From NCBI GenBank assembly GCA_049512075.1, contig JBEKXL010000010.1, positions 1-64,000 of the forward strand: DNA of 64,000 nt, in the 5' to 3' direction. The notes beneath the pieces were generated by a model. It did not search any database. It saw only the letters and a program-made list of their open reading frames with translations, and was not told where the DNA came from. Made by a program: the position numbers and the translations under genes. The DNA comes from Candidatus Bathyarchaeia archaeon. GTDB taxonomy: Archaea > Thermoproteota > Bathyarchaeia > Bathyarchaeales > Bathycorpusculaceae. Each line of letters begins with the position of its first letter. Position 1 is the first letter of the stretch. This document shows, piece by piece, positions 19,965 to 28,542 of the stretch.

Positions 19965-21366
19965 ATTCAGAAAGGTTTTGACCATGCGAGGTTTTGGAGA
20001 CGATCAGATAACAAGGACGAAGAAAGCGAAAACTACTGTTCTCCAAGCTTTGGAAGACGGAGAATGGCATAGGTTCAATGAGATAGTTGAGATAACCAAA
20101 ATGAGCCCTGCTACCGTTTCAAAATACCTCAAAGGCTTCAAGAAAGAAGTCGAGAAAAAAAGGGACCTGAGAAGTGGCAAATATCCGATCCCTGTATCCT
20201 ACAAGTTGACAGACCTGGGCCAGAAAACATTGGCAGAAAGAAAAACGCTCGACCACATTGAAACACCAAACAAGACCTTCTTTGAGGCTGAAAACAAAAA
20301 CACTCTTCCTGAGATGCTGTTAGGGGCTCGACAAGATATTGCCCAGTTGATTCCTGTCAAGTCATGGTATGATTTGAGTCCAGAAGGCAAGGTATTCATT
20401 GACACTCTGTTAGTTTTTGATGAGGAACACAAAGAGAAAATGACAGCAATAGTGAACGAGTTGAAACAGAGAAAAGAATGGCCAGAGATTTATCTGGGAA
20501 CCTTATGCTCAGAATTCGTTGACCTTTTTAAGAGCGTCATCAGAACTGCCGACAACACTGAAACTGCCAAACAAAGGGAAATGTGTGAGAAGACAGATCT
20601 AGTTCGAGTGCGAGACATGATATTGGAAGAAAAGAAGGCCTTGAATTTTGAGGCTACCTTACTGCTTCATTTCGACGGCAAAAAAGTTGTTAAAGCAGTA
20701 AATTGGGAAAAGCTCTTGCAGAATGTCGAAAAAGGAGACAGCATAATGAACCAAGGGTATAACGAATACAAGGAAGCTATAAGCAAGCCAGGCCTTGGAC
20801 GGAAAAGCTGGACAATCGAGACGGCAATCATCGACATAAGAAACACAGAAACAACTGAACTCCCGAACTTCTTAACAAAGTCTCTTAAGGTTTCTCTCCC
20901 TGAAATAGAGAACATTAGAAAAGACCCCTGGAACGTTCTGAACAGTCCATCGAAGCTCAAAGAAGCCCTCGTACAAAGGCTCACAGAACGCATTGCTGTC
21001 ACGAAAGGATTCAACCACGATCAACATACATATTTGCCCCCATCTAAAGATGAGATCAGAGAGGCCAAGGCTGAAGTCAGAAAAACAATCGAGGAAATGC
21101 TCAAGGATGGAATAATAGAGATTGCCCCCCTTTACCTCTTCAAGCTGGACAAAGAAAAGGCTAAGGAAGCTCAGTCAAAAGCCCAAAAAAGTTATCCTTC
21201 TCCTTATGGCTCTTTTATAGCTCAGGCTTTCGGGTTGAATAGTGACTCTCAGGAAAAAGTCAATGATGACAACTGCAAGGGCAAGACTGACCGGTATCAT
21301 CCAAGGGAACTGGCAAACCTTTCTTATGAAGGCAAAATCGACAAGGCTTCACAGAATCAACATTGA
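19942..21366 (+). CDS. winged-helix (ArsR/MarR-like) N-terminal domain protein
   Basis: HRFNEIVEITKMSPATVSKYLK...YKLTDLG; true start probably ATG 19984. Confidence 0.75.
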   Translation: MLKSFVKLFRKVLTMRGFGDDQITRTKKAKTTVLQALEDGEWHRFNEIVEITKMSPATVSKYLKGFKKEVEKKRDLRSGKYPIPVSYKLTDLGQKTLAERKTLDHIETPNKTFFEAENKNTLPEMLLGARQDIAQLIPVKSWYDLSPEGKVFIDTLLVFDEEHKEKMTAIVNELKQRKEWPEIYLGTLCSEFVDLFKSVIRTADNTETAKQREMCEKTDLVRVRDMILEEKKALNFEATLLLHFDGKKVVKAVNWEKLLQNVEKGDSIMNQGYNEYKEAISKPGLGRKSWTIETAIIDIRNTETTELPNFLTKSLKVSLPEIENIRKDPWNVLNSPSKLKEALVQRLTERIAVTKGFNHDQHTYLPPSKDEIREAKAEVRKTIEEMLKDGIIEIAPLYLFKLDKEKAKEAQSKAQKSYPSPYGSFIAQAFGLNSDSQEKVNDDNCKGKTDRYHPRELANLSYEGKIDKASQNQH

Positions 21367-21408
21367 CACGCTGTGTCAATGAATCATCATTACTACGCTG
21401 TGGTAATG
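21361..21408. repeat. twin palindromes/hairpins
   Basis: CATTGACAC-GCT-GTGTCAATG and CATTACTAC-GCT-GTGGTAATG. Confidence 0.8.
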
Positions 21409-21612
21409 AAGACTTCAAAAAGTTTCTTATGCTTGAGAGAAAAGAAGGCCAAGTTTCTACAGTCTTCTTAACCTTCTGTTTCCCACCAAGCTCATCCGAT
21501 ATGCGTGTTAAACCAATTAAGAATAGGTATTAAGTAATAAAAGGTTTGCGGTCACAAACCTGTTCTGAGAGATTCTGAACTCGGTTTTCTTTTTTCTAAT
21601 AAGGAGATATAC

Positions 21613-21909
21613 GTGTTAAACCAAAATCAACGTAGCGTCTTCTCCGATATGGAGCCAGTACCAAAAACTCAGTTTTTTAACCCTGAGAAGTTAGACCGTT
21701 GCGGCGGAAGCTGTGACCTACACGGAAACAATTTTGCCCTAGCCCTGAAAGTGTCGGCAGCTCAGAAATTGAAGGCGTACATCTTTCTTGTGGAAGCGTT
21801 TGACCTGGCGGTTGAACAAGGCAAGCTAGAAACAGCAAAAGGATTCTGGAATGAACTAGCCAAGTATGACACGGAAACCGTGAAGTCGCTGGAGAACCTA
21901 GTTCTATGA
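21613..21909 (+). CDS. hypothetical protein
   Basis: AAGGAG RBS; coupled to next ORF by ATGA. Confidence 0.55.
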   Translation: MLNQNQRSVFSDMEPVPKTQFFNPEKLDRCGGSCDLHGNNFALALKVSAAQKLKAYIFLVEAFDLAVEQGKLETAKGFWNELAKYDTETVKSLENLVL

Positions 21910-22616
21910 ATGAGCAAGTGGCACAGCGTGACACTTTCACCACTGAACCGCACAGCTACATAAAACGCGGAAACAATACGGTTCGAGCTAGATGCATCGA
22001 GTTCATAGAAACCCTAGCCATCCAACAAACAAAAGAACTGCCAGTGGACGCTGCCAAACAACAGTTTCACAACATCATAGACCACTGGGACCGCACAACC
22101 ATGAAAGCCTATTTTGGAATACAACCACACACAACCACCGAGAAGATAGACCGTGACAAACAGTATAGCTCAGGAACAAACAGCCACGCCACTATAACAC
22201 TGAGAAGAACCGCAAAGGAAGTTAAAGGATACCTAGAACTGTTGGGCCTAGTTCACTATGAGAAACGCGGTCAAGTCTATTTCATGGTTCTGGAAAATTG
22301 CCAAATCATACCTGAGGTTGTGAAAACCAGTAACACTGTTGCGTCCAATGATAATTTCTCTCTCACATCTAAAGCCATTCCTAAAAACGTCGTTGTGAAC
22401 CCTATGGCTAGGTCCATGCAACTGGGTTCACACATTGCGGAAGAGGGTGAGAGAGAGGGGGGGAGGATCATAATAGGAGAGAGAAATCGGTCGAGTGAAA
22501 GTGATTTACTTTCCACACCAACTAAGCTGACCCCTGAAGAATCCGCTATCCTCCACGCAAAGGTTCAGGGAGCTTGTGCCATAGTTAACGGAAACACAGC
22601 AACTAGGAGAGACTAA
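21906..22616 (+). CDS. hypothetical mobile-element protein, possibly wHTH
   Basis: 236-aa ORF in operon; GYLELLGLVHYEKRG wing-like motif. Confidence 0.65.
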   Translation: MNEQVAQRDTFTTEPHSYIKRGNNTVRARCIEFIETLAIQQTKELPVDAAKQQFHNIIDHWDRTTMKAYFGIQPHTTTEKIDRDKQYSSGTNSHATITLRRTAKEVKGYLELLGLVHYEKRGQVYFMVLENCQIIPEVVKTSNTVASNDNFSLTSKAIPKNVVVNPMARSMQLGSHIAEEGEREGGRIIIGERNRSSESDLLSTPTKLTPEESAILHAKVQGACAIVNGNTATRRD

Positions 22617-22638
22617 CACGGAAGAGTACCCAAAAGGC

Positions 22639-23097
22639 ATGATAGGCATACAAGCTCTCCTAGACGAATTGGCAGACCTTCGCGCACGATGTAAAGCCTT
22701 GGAGCTTCAGAATAAGATGCTGCGCGAGAGGGTTGAGCAACGGTTCCAGGCTACAGCTAAGGCTTTTGATCCTAGCGCGTTTGATAGTATGAGGGCTCTT
22801 ATCGTGCAGATGTTCTTGAAGTTGGAGCCCACCGCTATGCTTACAATGGAGGAACTGAAGGACGAATTTGAAGTCAGGTATCCAAACATCAACAGTGCCA
22901 ATATTCCCAGGCGCGTTTTTGAACTAAGTCAACCCGACGGAAAATTCGGCCATAAATTAGGACGAAAACAAGACGGTGACGTTGTTCGATATTTCTTGTG
23001 GTTGCAGGAATCGGTGCAAGTTGTTTCTGGAATGTTAGAACAAAAGCAAGAAATAGCCCAAAACCTAGAAAAAGCTAGGCTCCAGACGCGCCCTTGA
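22639..23097 (+). CDS. coiled-coil plus wHTH-like protein
   Basis: N-terminal heptads; SANIPRRVFEL helix. Confidence 0.6.
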   Translation: MIGIQALLDELADLRARCKALELQNKMLRERVEQRFQATAKAFDPSAFDSMRALIVQMFLKLEPTAMLTMEELKDEFEVRYPNINSANIPRRVFELSQPDGKFGHKLGRKQDGDVVRYFLWLQESVQVVSGMLEQKQEIAQNLEKARLQTRP

Positions 23098-23617
23098 AAA
23101 GCCTAACAAATTGTTTCGGAGACAGAAGCAGGACCATAGCCGAAATTGCGATAAGAGAAGTCGCAACATACGTCAAAATAAACCACCATGAAGACCCGGC
23201 AAGGTCAACACTAAAAACCATGAAAAGCTGACGCCACAACGTTGCGCTCATGCCGTCAACAGATACGTTTTCCAAGGCCGCCGTACCCATAGGTATCAAA
23301 ACATGACCACTCGTTGAAAGGTAGAGAGGGGGTTGCCAGAGGTCGAAGCATCCACTGAACGCCGCCCATGAAGCTAAACCGACTCGAAGCATGGCTCCCA
23401 TCCTGTTCTGTTTGTAGAGGGCAAGAGAAACAATAGCGCCGAATATGACCGAGAGAAGGATAACCCACCCGAGATTATAGAGCAAATAGGCAAAGGGGCT
23501 GTAAAGAGTCAAGAACCAAGATTGCGAACTCAGGTAAGGCACGATTAGGAAAGCCCAAAAGAAACCGAGAAACAATAGACTCGCTACGGTTCCAAGTTCA
23601 GCGCGACGCGAAGGCAA
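23075..23617 (-). CDS. membrane protein
   Basis: About four hydrophobic segments. Confidence 0.7.
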   Translation of the reverse strand: MPSRRAELGTVASLLFLGFFWAFLIVPYLSSQSWFLTLYSPFAYLLYNLGWVILLSVIFGAIVSLALYKQNRMGAMLRVGLASWAAFSGCFDLWQPPLYLSTSGHVLIPMGTAALENVSVDGMSATLWRQLFMVFSVDLAGSSWWFILTYVATSLIAISAMVLLLSPKQFVRLFKGASGA

Positions 23618-23652
23618 CGTGACTCACAACAGAAAAAAGGGAAAAGAAGGGT

Positions 23653-24465
23653 CTAGTCTATTTCGACAACCTTGAAGCCCAGAGGCTCTAGTTCGCTGTT
23701 GATGTTGTGAACATATTCTAAGACTTGAGCATCAGCCTTGCTTCCCTCTCCACTCATCAATTCGCTCCGAGCTGCTTCAAAATCGCCAGATTCCTTAAGT
23801 TCGCCTTCCTCGGCTGTCTTTGCAGGAAGACCTGACTTAACTTCTTTTTCCGCATGAATCTCTTGAGCGCGTTCCAAAATCTCAGCCTTCGACGGAAGAG
23901 TGTGCTTCTTTTCCTTGGCCTCTTTAGACTCAGACACCTTCATTTCCAGCTTTTTAGCTTCCTCTTTCGGAACGACCCTATACTTGCGAACAACCTTCTC
24001 TCTTGGTCCTTGAGTCTTTGCATTTTTGGTATCGACGCCCTTGAGGTCAGTGTGTGCCGTGTCTTTGATCCAAATTTCCATAGGCACTTTTCGCTTGGCT
24101 GCTTTCGCTAAGTCTGCTGCTTGCGCTCGCTTACTCTTGTGGCTGAAAATCAAACGTCCATTAGGAGTATCAACGCCGGGAAAGTCGAGCCTATTCGGAC
24201 TGTGCAACCATGCTTCAAGATTCGTCGTTATCTCAGCAAGCTTCACACGGTCTATAGCCTGGCTTCTCTTGCTTCGTTGCGAGAAGGCCATTTCAGCAAC
24301 TAGCTTATCGCTCTTATGAAAATCTACGTTCCTGTTGATTCCGGGGTATTTGTCGCCGTGGCCGTGACCGTTACCGTGTAGCGCCCTAGAACCCGTAGGA
24401 AGAACTCTCCTAGACCTCAAATAGTATTCGGATGAACCATGCTTCTTTTGGTAACTCATTCTCAA
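23653..24465 (-). CDS. hypothetical protein with duplicated ~44-aa motif
   Basis: FSQRSKRSQAID...W...DFPGVDT and FSHKSKRAQAAD...W...DLKGVDT. Confidence 0.75.
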   Translation of the reverse strand: MRMSYQKKHGSSEYYLRSRRVLPTGSRALHGNGHGHGDKYPGINRNVDFHKSDKLVAEMAFSQRSKRSQAIDRVKLAEITTNLEAWLHSPNRLDFPGVDTPNGRLIFSHKSKRAQAADLAKAAKRKVPMEIWIKDTAHTDLKGVDTKNAKTQGPREKVVRKYRVVPKEEAKKLEMKVSESKEAKEKKHTLPSKAEILERAQEIHAEKEVKSGLPAKTAEEGELKESGDFEAARSELMSGEGSKADAQVLEYVHNINSELEPLGFKVVEID

Positions 24466-24486
24466 TCACTGATAGAAAAAAGCAGC

Positions 24487-24726
24487 TCAGGTTCTAGTGT
24501 CTATCAGAAGTTCAGAATCAAGCTTTTCCAAGCGTTTCGTTTCACGCTCGACGTCCAGTTTGATAACCCTGTAAACTTCAGCTAAAGGATGATGATTCTT
24601 CAGAGTGCCCATGCCTTGAAGGACACGCTCTAGATCCTCAACCAAAACCCTTTTGCAGTTAAGACTCAAAACTGGAAGAATATCGCCTAGAGTCATGTTC
24701 TTCAAGGTTTCTTCTATTGTTACCAT
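24487..24726 (-). CDS. hypothetical protein
   Basis: Coupled to upstream ORF; followed by T-tract. Confidence 0.55.
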   Translation of the reverse strand: MVTIEETLKNMTLGDILPVLSLNCKRVLVEDLERVLQGMGTLKNHHPLAEVYRVIKLDVERETKRLEKLDSELLIDTRT

Positions 24727-25151
24727 TCTTCTTCCTCTTCAGCGTCTTCGTCCTCAAAATCCTCTTCGTCGTCTTCTTCAGGTTCATCTTTTACTTCAAC
24801 AAGGTTGTTTCCGAAGCCGGGCAAGTGAGGCTCAACCTTGAAGCCATCTTCATCTTCCTCTTCCTCTTCATCTGTGGGTTCTTCCTTTGAATCCTCTTTC
24901 TCATCGCTCTCTTCTACCTCAAGCTTCGGAGTACGTGGATGCCAAACCTCTTCCTCAGTCACAACACTCACAGTTTTCCTAATGGAATTAGTATTTTCCC
25001 CTTTAGGCGATATGTACGAAGCCATCAGCCGATCAAACACGTCCTGAATCTGTTCTCCCCGGTGCTTTGCCTCAGCTCTGAAGTTCGCCCACAAAAGCTT
25101 ATTGAAGCTGACGCTTGTTACCTTCCTGTCTTCACTCGACAAGTCGCACAA
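24720..25151 (-). CDS. RHH-like protein with acidic tail
   Basis: KVTSVSFNKLLWANFRAEAKHRG...VFDRLMASY; D/E-rich C-terminus. Confidence 0.65.
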   Translation of the reverse strand: MCDLSSEDRKVTSVSFNKLLWANFRAEAKHRGEQIQDVFDRLMASYISPKGENTNSIRKTVSVVTEEEVWHPRTPKLEVEESDEKEDSKEEPTDEEEEEDEDGFKVEPHLPGFGNNLVEVKDEPEEDDEEDFEDEDAEEEEEW

Positions 25152-25685
25152 CCTCTTAACAGAAAAATACTAAAGCCACACGTAGGTTTCCCATCAAATA
25201 CTACTAGTAGAACACAGGTCCATACACCCCCACCCCAGCCATTATTTTACTATAATGCGTTCAAGAAAACTGGAAAATCGTGCGCGGGTAACTAATGACC
25301 CCCGATGTCACATCTGAAAGCATGGACTCCAGATGCCTTTTAATATAGATTAAAAATGAGCTATGAAGACTCACCTAATAGTCACTCAGAAAAAAAAGGA
25401 AAGAAAAAATCCATTATTAGCGCCCAGTTTAGCCCATGAAACACGCTGACCGACCCTCTAACTCTTAAACGATATGTGTGTACGTATGCCCCGCTAATCC
25501 CTCCCCCTACAATACTAAAGCTATATTATGACAGCGAAACAACGGAGAAGAGGAGAACGATAAGTATGAACATCGGGGGGCTCTCTCTTTCTCCATGCCC
25601 TTCCCTACCTTTTAATACCTGTTAAAAAGTTTCATCGAGAACAGTATATGTATCTGACGGAATTTTTTTGAAAGAATTTCGATGA

Positions 25686-26699
25686 TTAAAGACTCTTGAT
25701 TGGGCTTTGAAGATATGAAGGCGTCAAACACGGCTCGCAACGCTTCCAGACGCGACGCCACTCTTCAGGACCGATAGTCGTGTACGTGTTTTCCATCTTG
25801 GCCTTTCCTTTGGACCCATGCCCCATCAGCGCCTCGATGTCAGTTTCAGTTATTACACGTGCCATGTGAACAACTGAGCGAAACCCGTGTCTAAGGCTGT
25901 GAGGACTACAAGGGTTAGTCTTGCCTTGCCACTTACCCATGAACTCAATAGCCCTAGTCTTAAAATAGGAGTCAACGCTTTCGACGGACGTGTCGAACAA
26001 CCTGGAATCAGGATAAAGAGTCTTGCCTTTTAAGTATTCCAAGAGAGCGTCAATCGTCCACTTGCCGCAGAAGGTCACGAATCGAACCCCAGTCTTAGAA
26101 CGCCCAGCAAGTCGGAAGTCTAACAGAAGCGGAGACACCTTCCCCAGTTCCTTTTCAACATCTGCATAAGTCAAACTCAAACAATCCGAAACCGATAGAC
26201 CTGATTGAAACATCAGCCTTCCGAGAGCTTGATATGCGGGAAGCTTGAACAGAACCAAGAACCTTGCCACTTCGTCAGCGTCAGCCCATTCATGCGTGAG
26301 AACTTGCACATCGTCATTGGGCATACCAAGATAATCAAGCGTCAGAGAAACCTTGCGATACTTCGCATAACCCTGAATCGAAGCCAAATAGGTTCGCGTA
26401 CTTTTGGGAGCCTTACCCGACATCACAAGACAAGTCTTAAATGAGCGAAGAAGAGGCGCTGCATAATCAACCTTCTCAGCAAGTGGCCTACGGTCATCAT
26501 CATCCACCTTTTGTATGAAGCTGTCAACCGAACCCTCTCCCCGAGCGCATAGAAACTTAGCAAAGAAAGACAAGGCCGTTCTGTACGTCCGACTTGTGGA
26601 AGGCTTCACCAGGGTCAAGAACAACTCGGTCTTTTCTCCCAGTTCAGGAACTCCCTTAAACTCTAACGATAACGGTTCTGTTTGATTCTCCACTGTCAA
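25686..26699 (-). CDS. tyrosine recombinase/integrase
   Basis: STSRTY, QSGLSVSD, RSKT, HSLRHGF, LMGH, NTY. Confidence 0.9.
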   Translation of the reverse strand: MTVENQTEPLSLEFKGVPELGEKTELFLTLVKPSTSRTYRTALSFFAKFLCARGEGSVDSFIQKVDDDDRRPLAEKVDYAAPLLRSFKTCLVMSGKAPKSTRTYLASIQGYAKYRKVSLTLDYLGMPNDDVQVLTHEWADADEVARFLVLFKLPAYQALGRLMFQSGLSVSDCLSLTYADVEKELGKVSPLLLDFRLAGRSKTGVRFVTFCGKWTIDALLEYLKGKTLYPDSRLFDTSVESVDSYFKTRAIEFMGKWQGKTNPCSPHSLRHGFRSVVHMARVITETDIEALMGHGSKGKAKMENTYTTIGPEEWRRVWKRCEPCLTPSYLQSPIKSL

Positions 26700-27016
26700 A
26701 CACCTACACTAGAAAAAAGCACTTAAAAGATAAGCGTCTTCCATGCCTCTTAAAACAACACGTATATATAGGTTATTTTGTACCCCCCCACCAAATACTA
26801 TAATTCTTACATACCCAGGCAAACAGAGAGTTTCAGAGAACACAGTATGTACGACCCCCCGCCTCGCAAACTCTATCTATGGAGAAACAGCCAATTTTAA
26901 TTCAAGTTAAAAATGCTACCTAGACCCAACAATACATAGTCTCGTTTTTTTCAAAAACAAAAACTTTCCCTATGTAGAAACATCATCGTTTAGACCGTTC
27001 CAAAGGATACACCCGG

Positions 27017-27508
27017 TCAATGAGACGCGGCATCGTCAGCTATCTCTTTAGCATACATGCGCCAAAACTTCATGTGCGATGGGCTTCTCCTTCTTTTCTT
27101 CTGGTACTCCTTGAGATTTATTTCGAAGGGTTTTTTGACGATGGTGCGCGGGTTCATGTTCTTTGGGTCACAAAGGTAGTCTCGACAGATCTCTGGTTTG
27201 GTGTCATGTATCCAGCATTCAAATTGGTTCTTACCATAAGCCTTCCTCAGAAAAGGACACAAGGAAAGCTCATCACCATTCTGTGGACTGAACCACATTT
27301 CCATGTTTGCATCTTCCTTCAAGTAGTGAATGAGTTTCTCCGTATCATAAAGCAGCATATCGAAACAAGCATCATCCCAAGCAAAACAGTACCACAAAAT
27401 GTCAAACTTTATTTGCTCGACCCATCTCTTGATGTCTTCCACAGTGACATCATACAAATCTCCAAGCTGAACGCAGCAACTCCCGCATCTTTCACACTTT
27501 CGCTCCAT
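27017..27508 (-). CDS. YkgJ-family cysteine-cluster protein
   Basis: CERCGSCC...CPFL...CWIHDTKPEICRDY. Confidence 0.85.
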   Translation of the reverse strand: MERKCERCGSCCVQLGDLYDVTVEDIKRWVEQIKFDILWYCFAWDDACFDMLLYDTEKLIHYLKEDANMEMWFSPQNGDELSLCPFLRKAYGKNQFECWIHDTKPEICRDYLCDPKNMNPRTIVKKPFEINLKEYQKKRRRSPSHMKFWRMYAKEIADDAASH

Positions 27509-27705
27509 GAATCCCTCTAAGGTTATTTGATTATTTAAGAAAAAAGAAGGGAAGGCTGAGTGGTTCAGTCTTCAGTATTTTCTGAACCTGAGATTTGAGT
27601 GGCCATGTCCGGCTTCTCAGTCTTGCCTTTAGGCTTGAACCCTCTCGGTTTCGCCCCGGTCGACGGCCGCGGTTGATCGTACTGCAGGTGCTTATCGCCA
27701 CACAT

Positions 27706-28107
27706 TCAAATCAACCTCAATAGAAAAAAGCGAGCGTTCTCAACGCTTCCGTTTCTTGCTAGCCCCTCTGAAGTCAACAAAGCTAGACCATAGCCGAAAA
27801 GTGAAATGACAACTCCAACTGCCACAGCGATATATTGCGTGTAACGAGCAACTGAGACTAGACCTTGAAAGCCTCCTACTTGGTAGGCAAGGTTAAGCTC
27901 TTGCGAAGACCCGGTCAACTGTAGAATGTACCAGAGTGATTGCATGTCCAGAGGCAAGGTTTGAAAGAGAAGGTATCCGAAGAGGCCTCCGAGAACTATT
28001 GTGGCTATGGTTCCGAGGATTCGGTTTCCTTTCCCATAAACGATAAAGGCTCCTAGGGACAGGCCGAGCGCGAATGTTATGAGTACGTCAAGCATGAAGT
28101 CAATCAT
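27706..28107 (-). CDS. membrane protein
   Basis: Three hydrophobic segments; RBS upstream of ATG 28107. Confidence 0.65.
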   Translation of the reverse strand: MIDFMLDVLITFALGLSLGAFIVYGKGNRILGTIATIVLGGLFGYLLFQTLPLDMQSLWYILQLTGSSQELNLAYQVGGFQGLVSVARYTQYIAVAVGVVISLFGYGLALLTSEGLARNGSVENARFFLLRLI

Positions 28108-28205
28108 TCTCCCGCGACCTCTAAAAGAAAAAAGGCAAGCGAGAGGGATCATTCCGCAGGGATCAGGCTCAGGTCGTGACAATTCAAATGATTGGACGGA
28201 AGACT

Positions 28206-28499
28206 TTACCTTTTTCTAGGAGCCCGGTTATCCTCTTGCGTGGTCCTCTCAACGCTGGAAGAAAAAAGGGAGTCTGTATCATTGAATGGAAACAGCAGAA
28301 CGGTTGGACAGAAACCCACCATCACAGCCTCAAAGAAAACTATTGCGATGTAGACAAAGGGATTCGGCCCAACAATGCCACCGCTTTTTTCCAACATGGC
28401 AGAAGGTAGAAAAGAAGCAAACTCGCATATTACCGCTATCGGACCACAAAGCAGAATCAACACATTAAAGGCTATCACTACAAGGCTTTTCAGCTTCAT
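28206..28499 (-). CDS. small membrane protein
   Basis: Two TM segments; GAGGT RBS. Confidence 0.55.
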   Translation of the reverse strand: MKLKSLVVIAFNVLILLCGPIAVICEFASFLPSAMLEKSGGIVGPNPFVYIAIVFFEAVMVGFCPTVLLFPFNDTDSLFSSSVERTTQEDNRAPRKR

Positions 28500-28542
28500 A
28501 ACGAACCTCTAAAAGAAAAAAAGATACGATTCTTCGTTGCCT

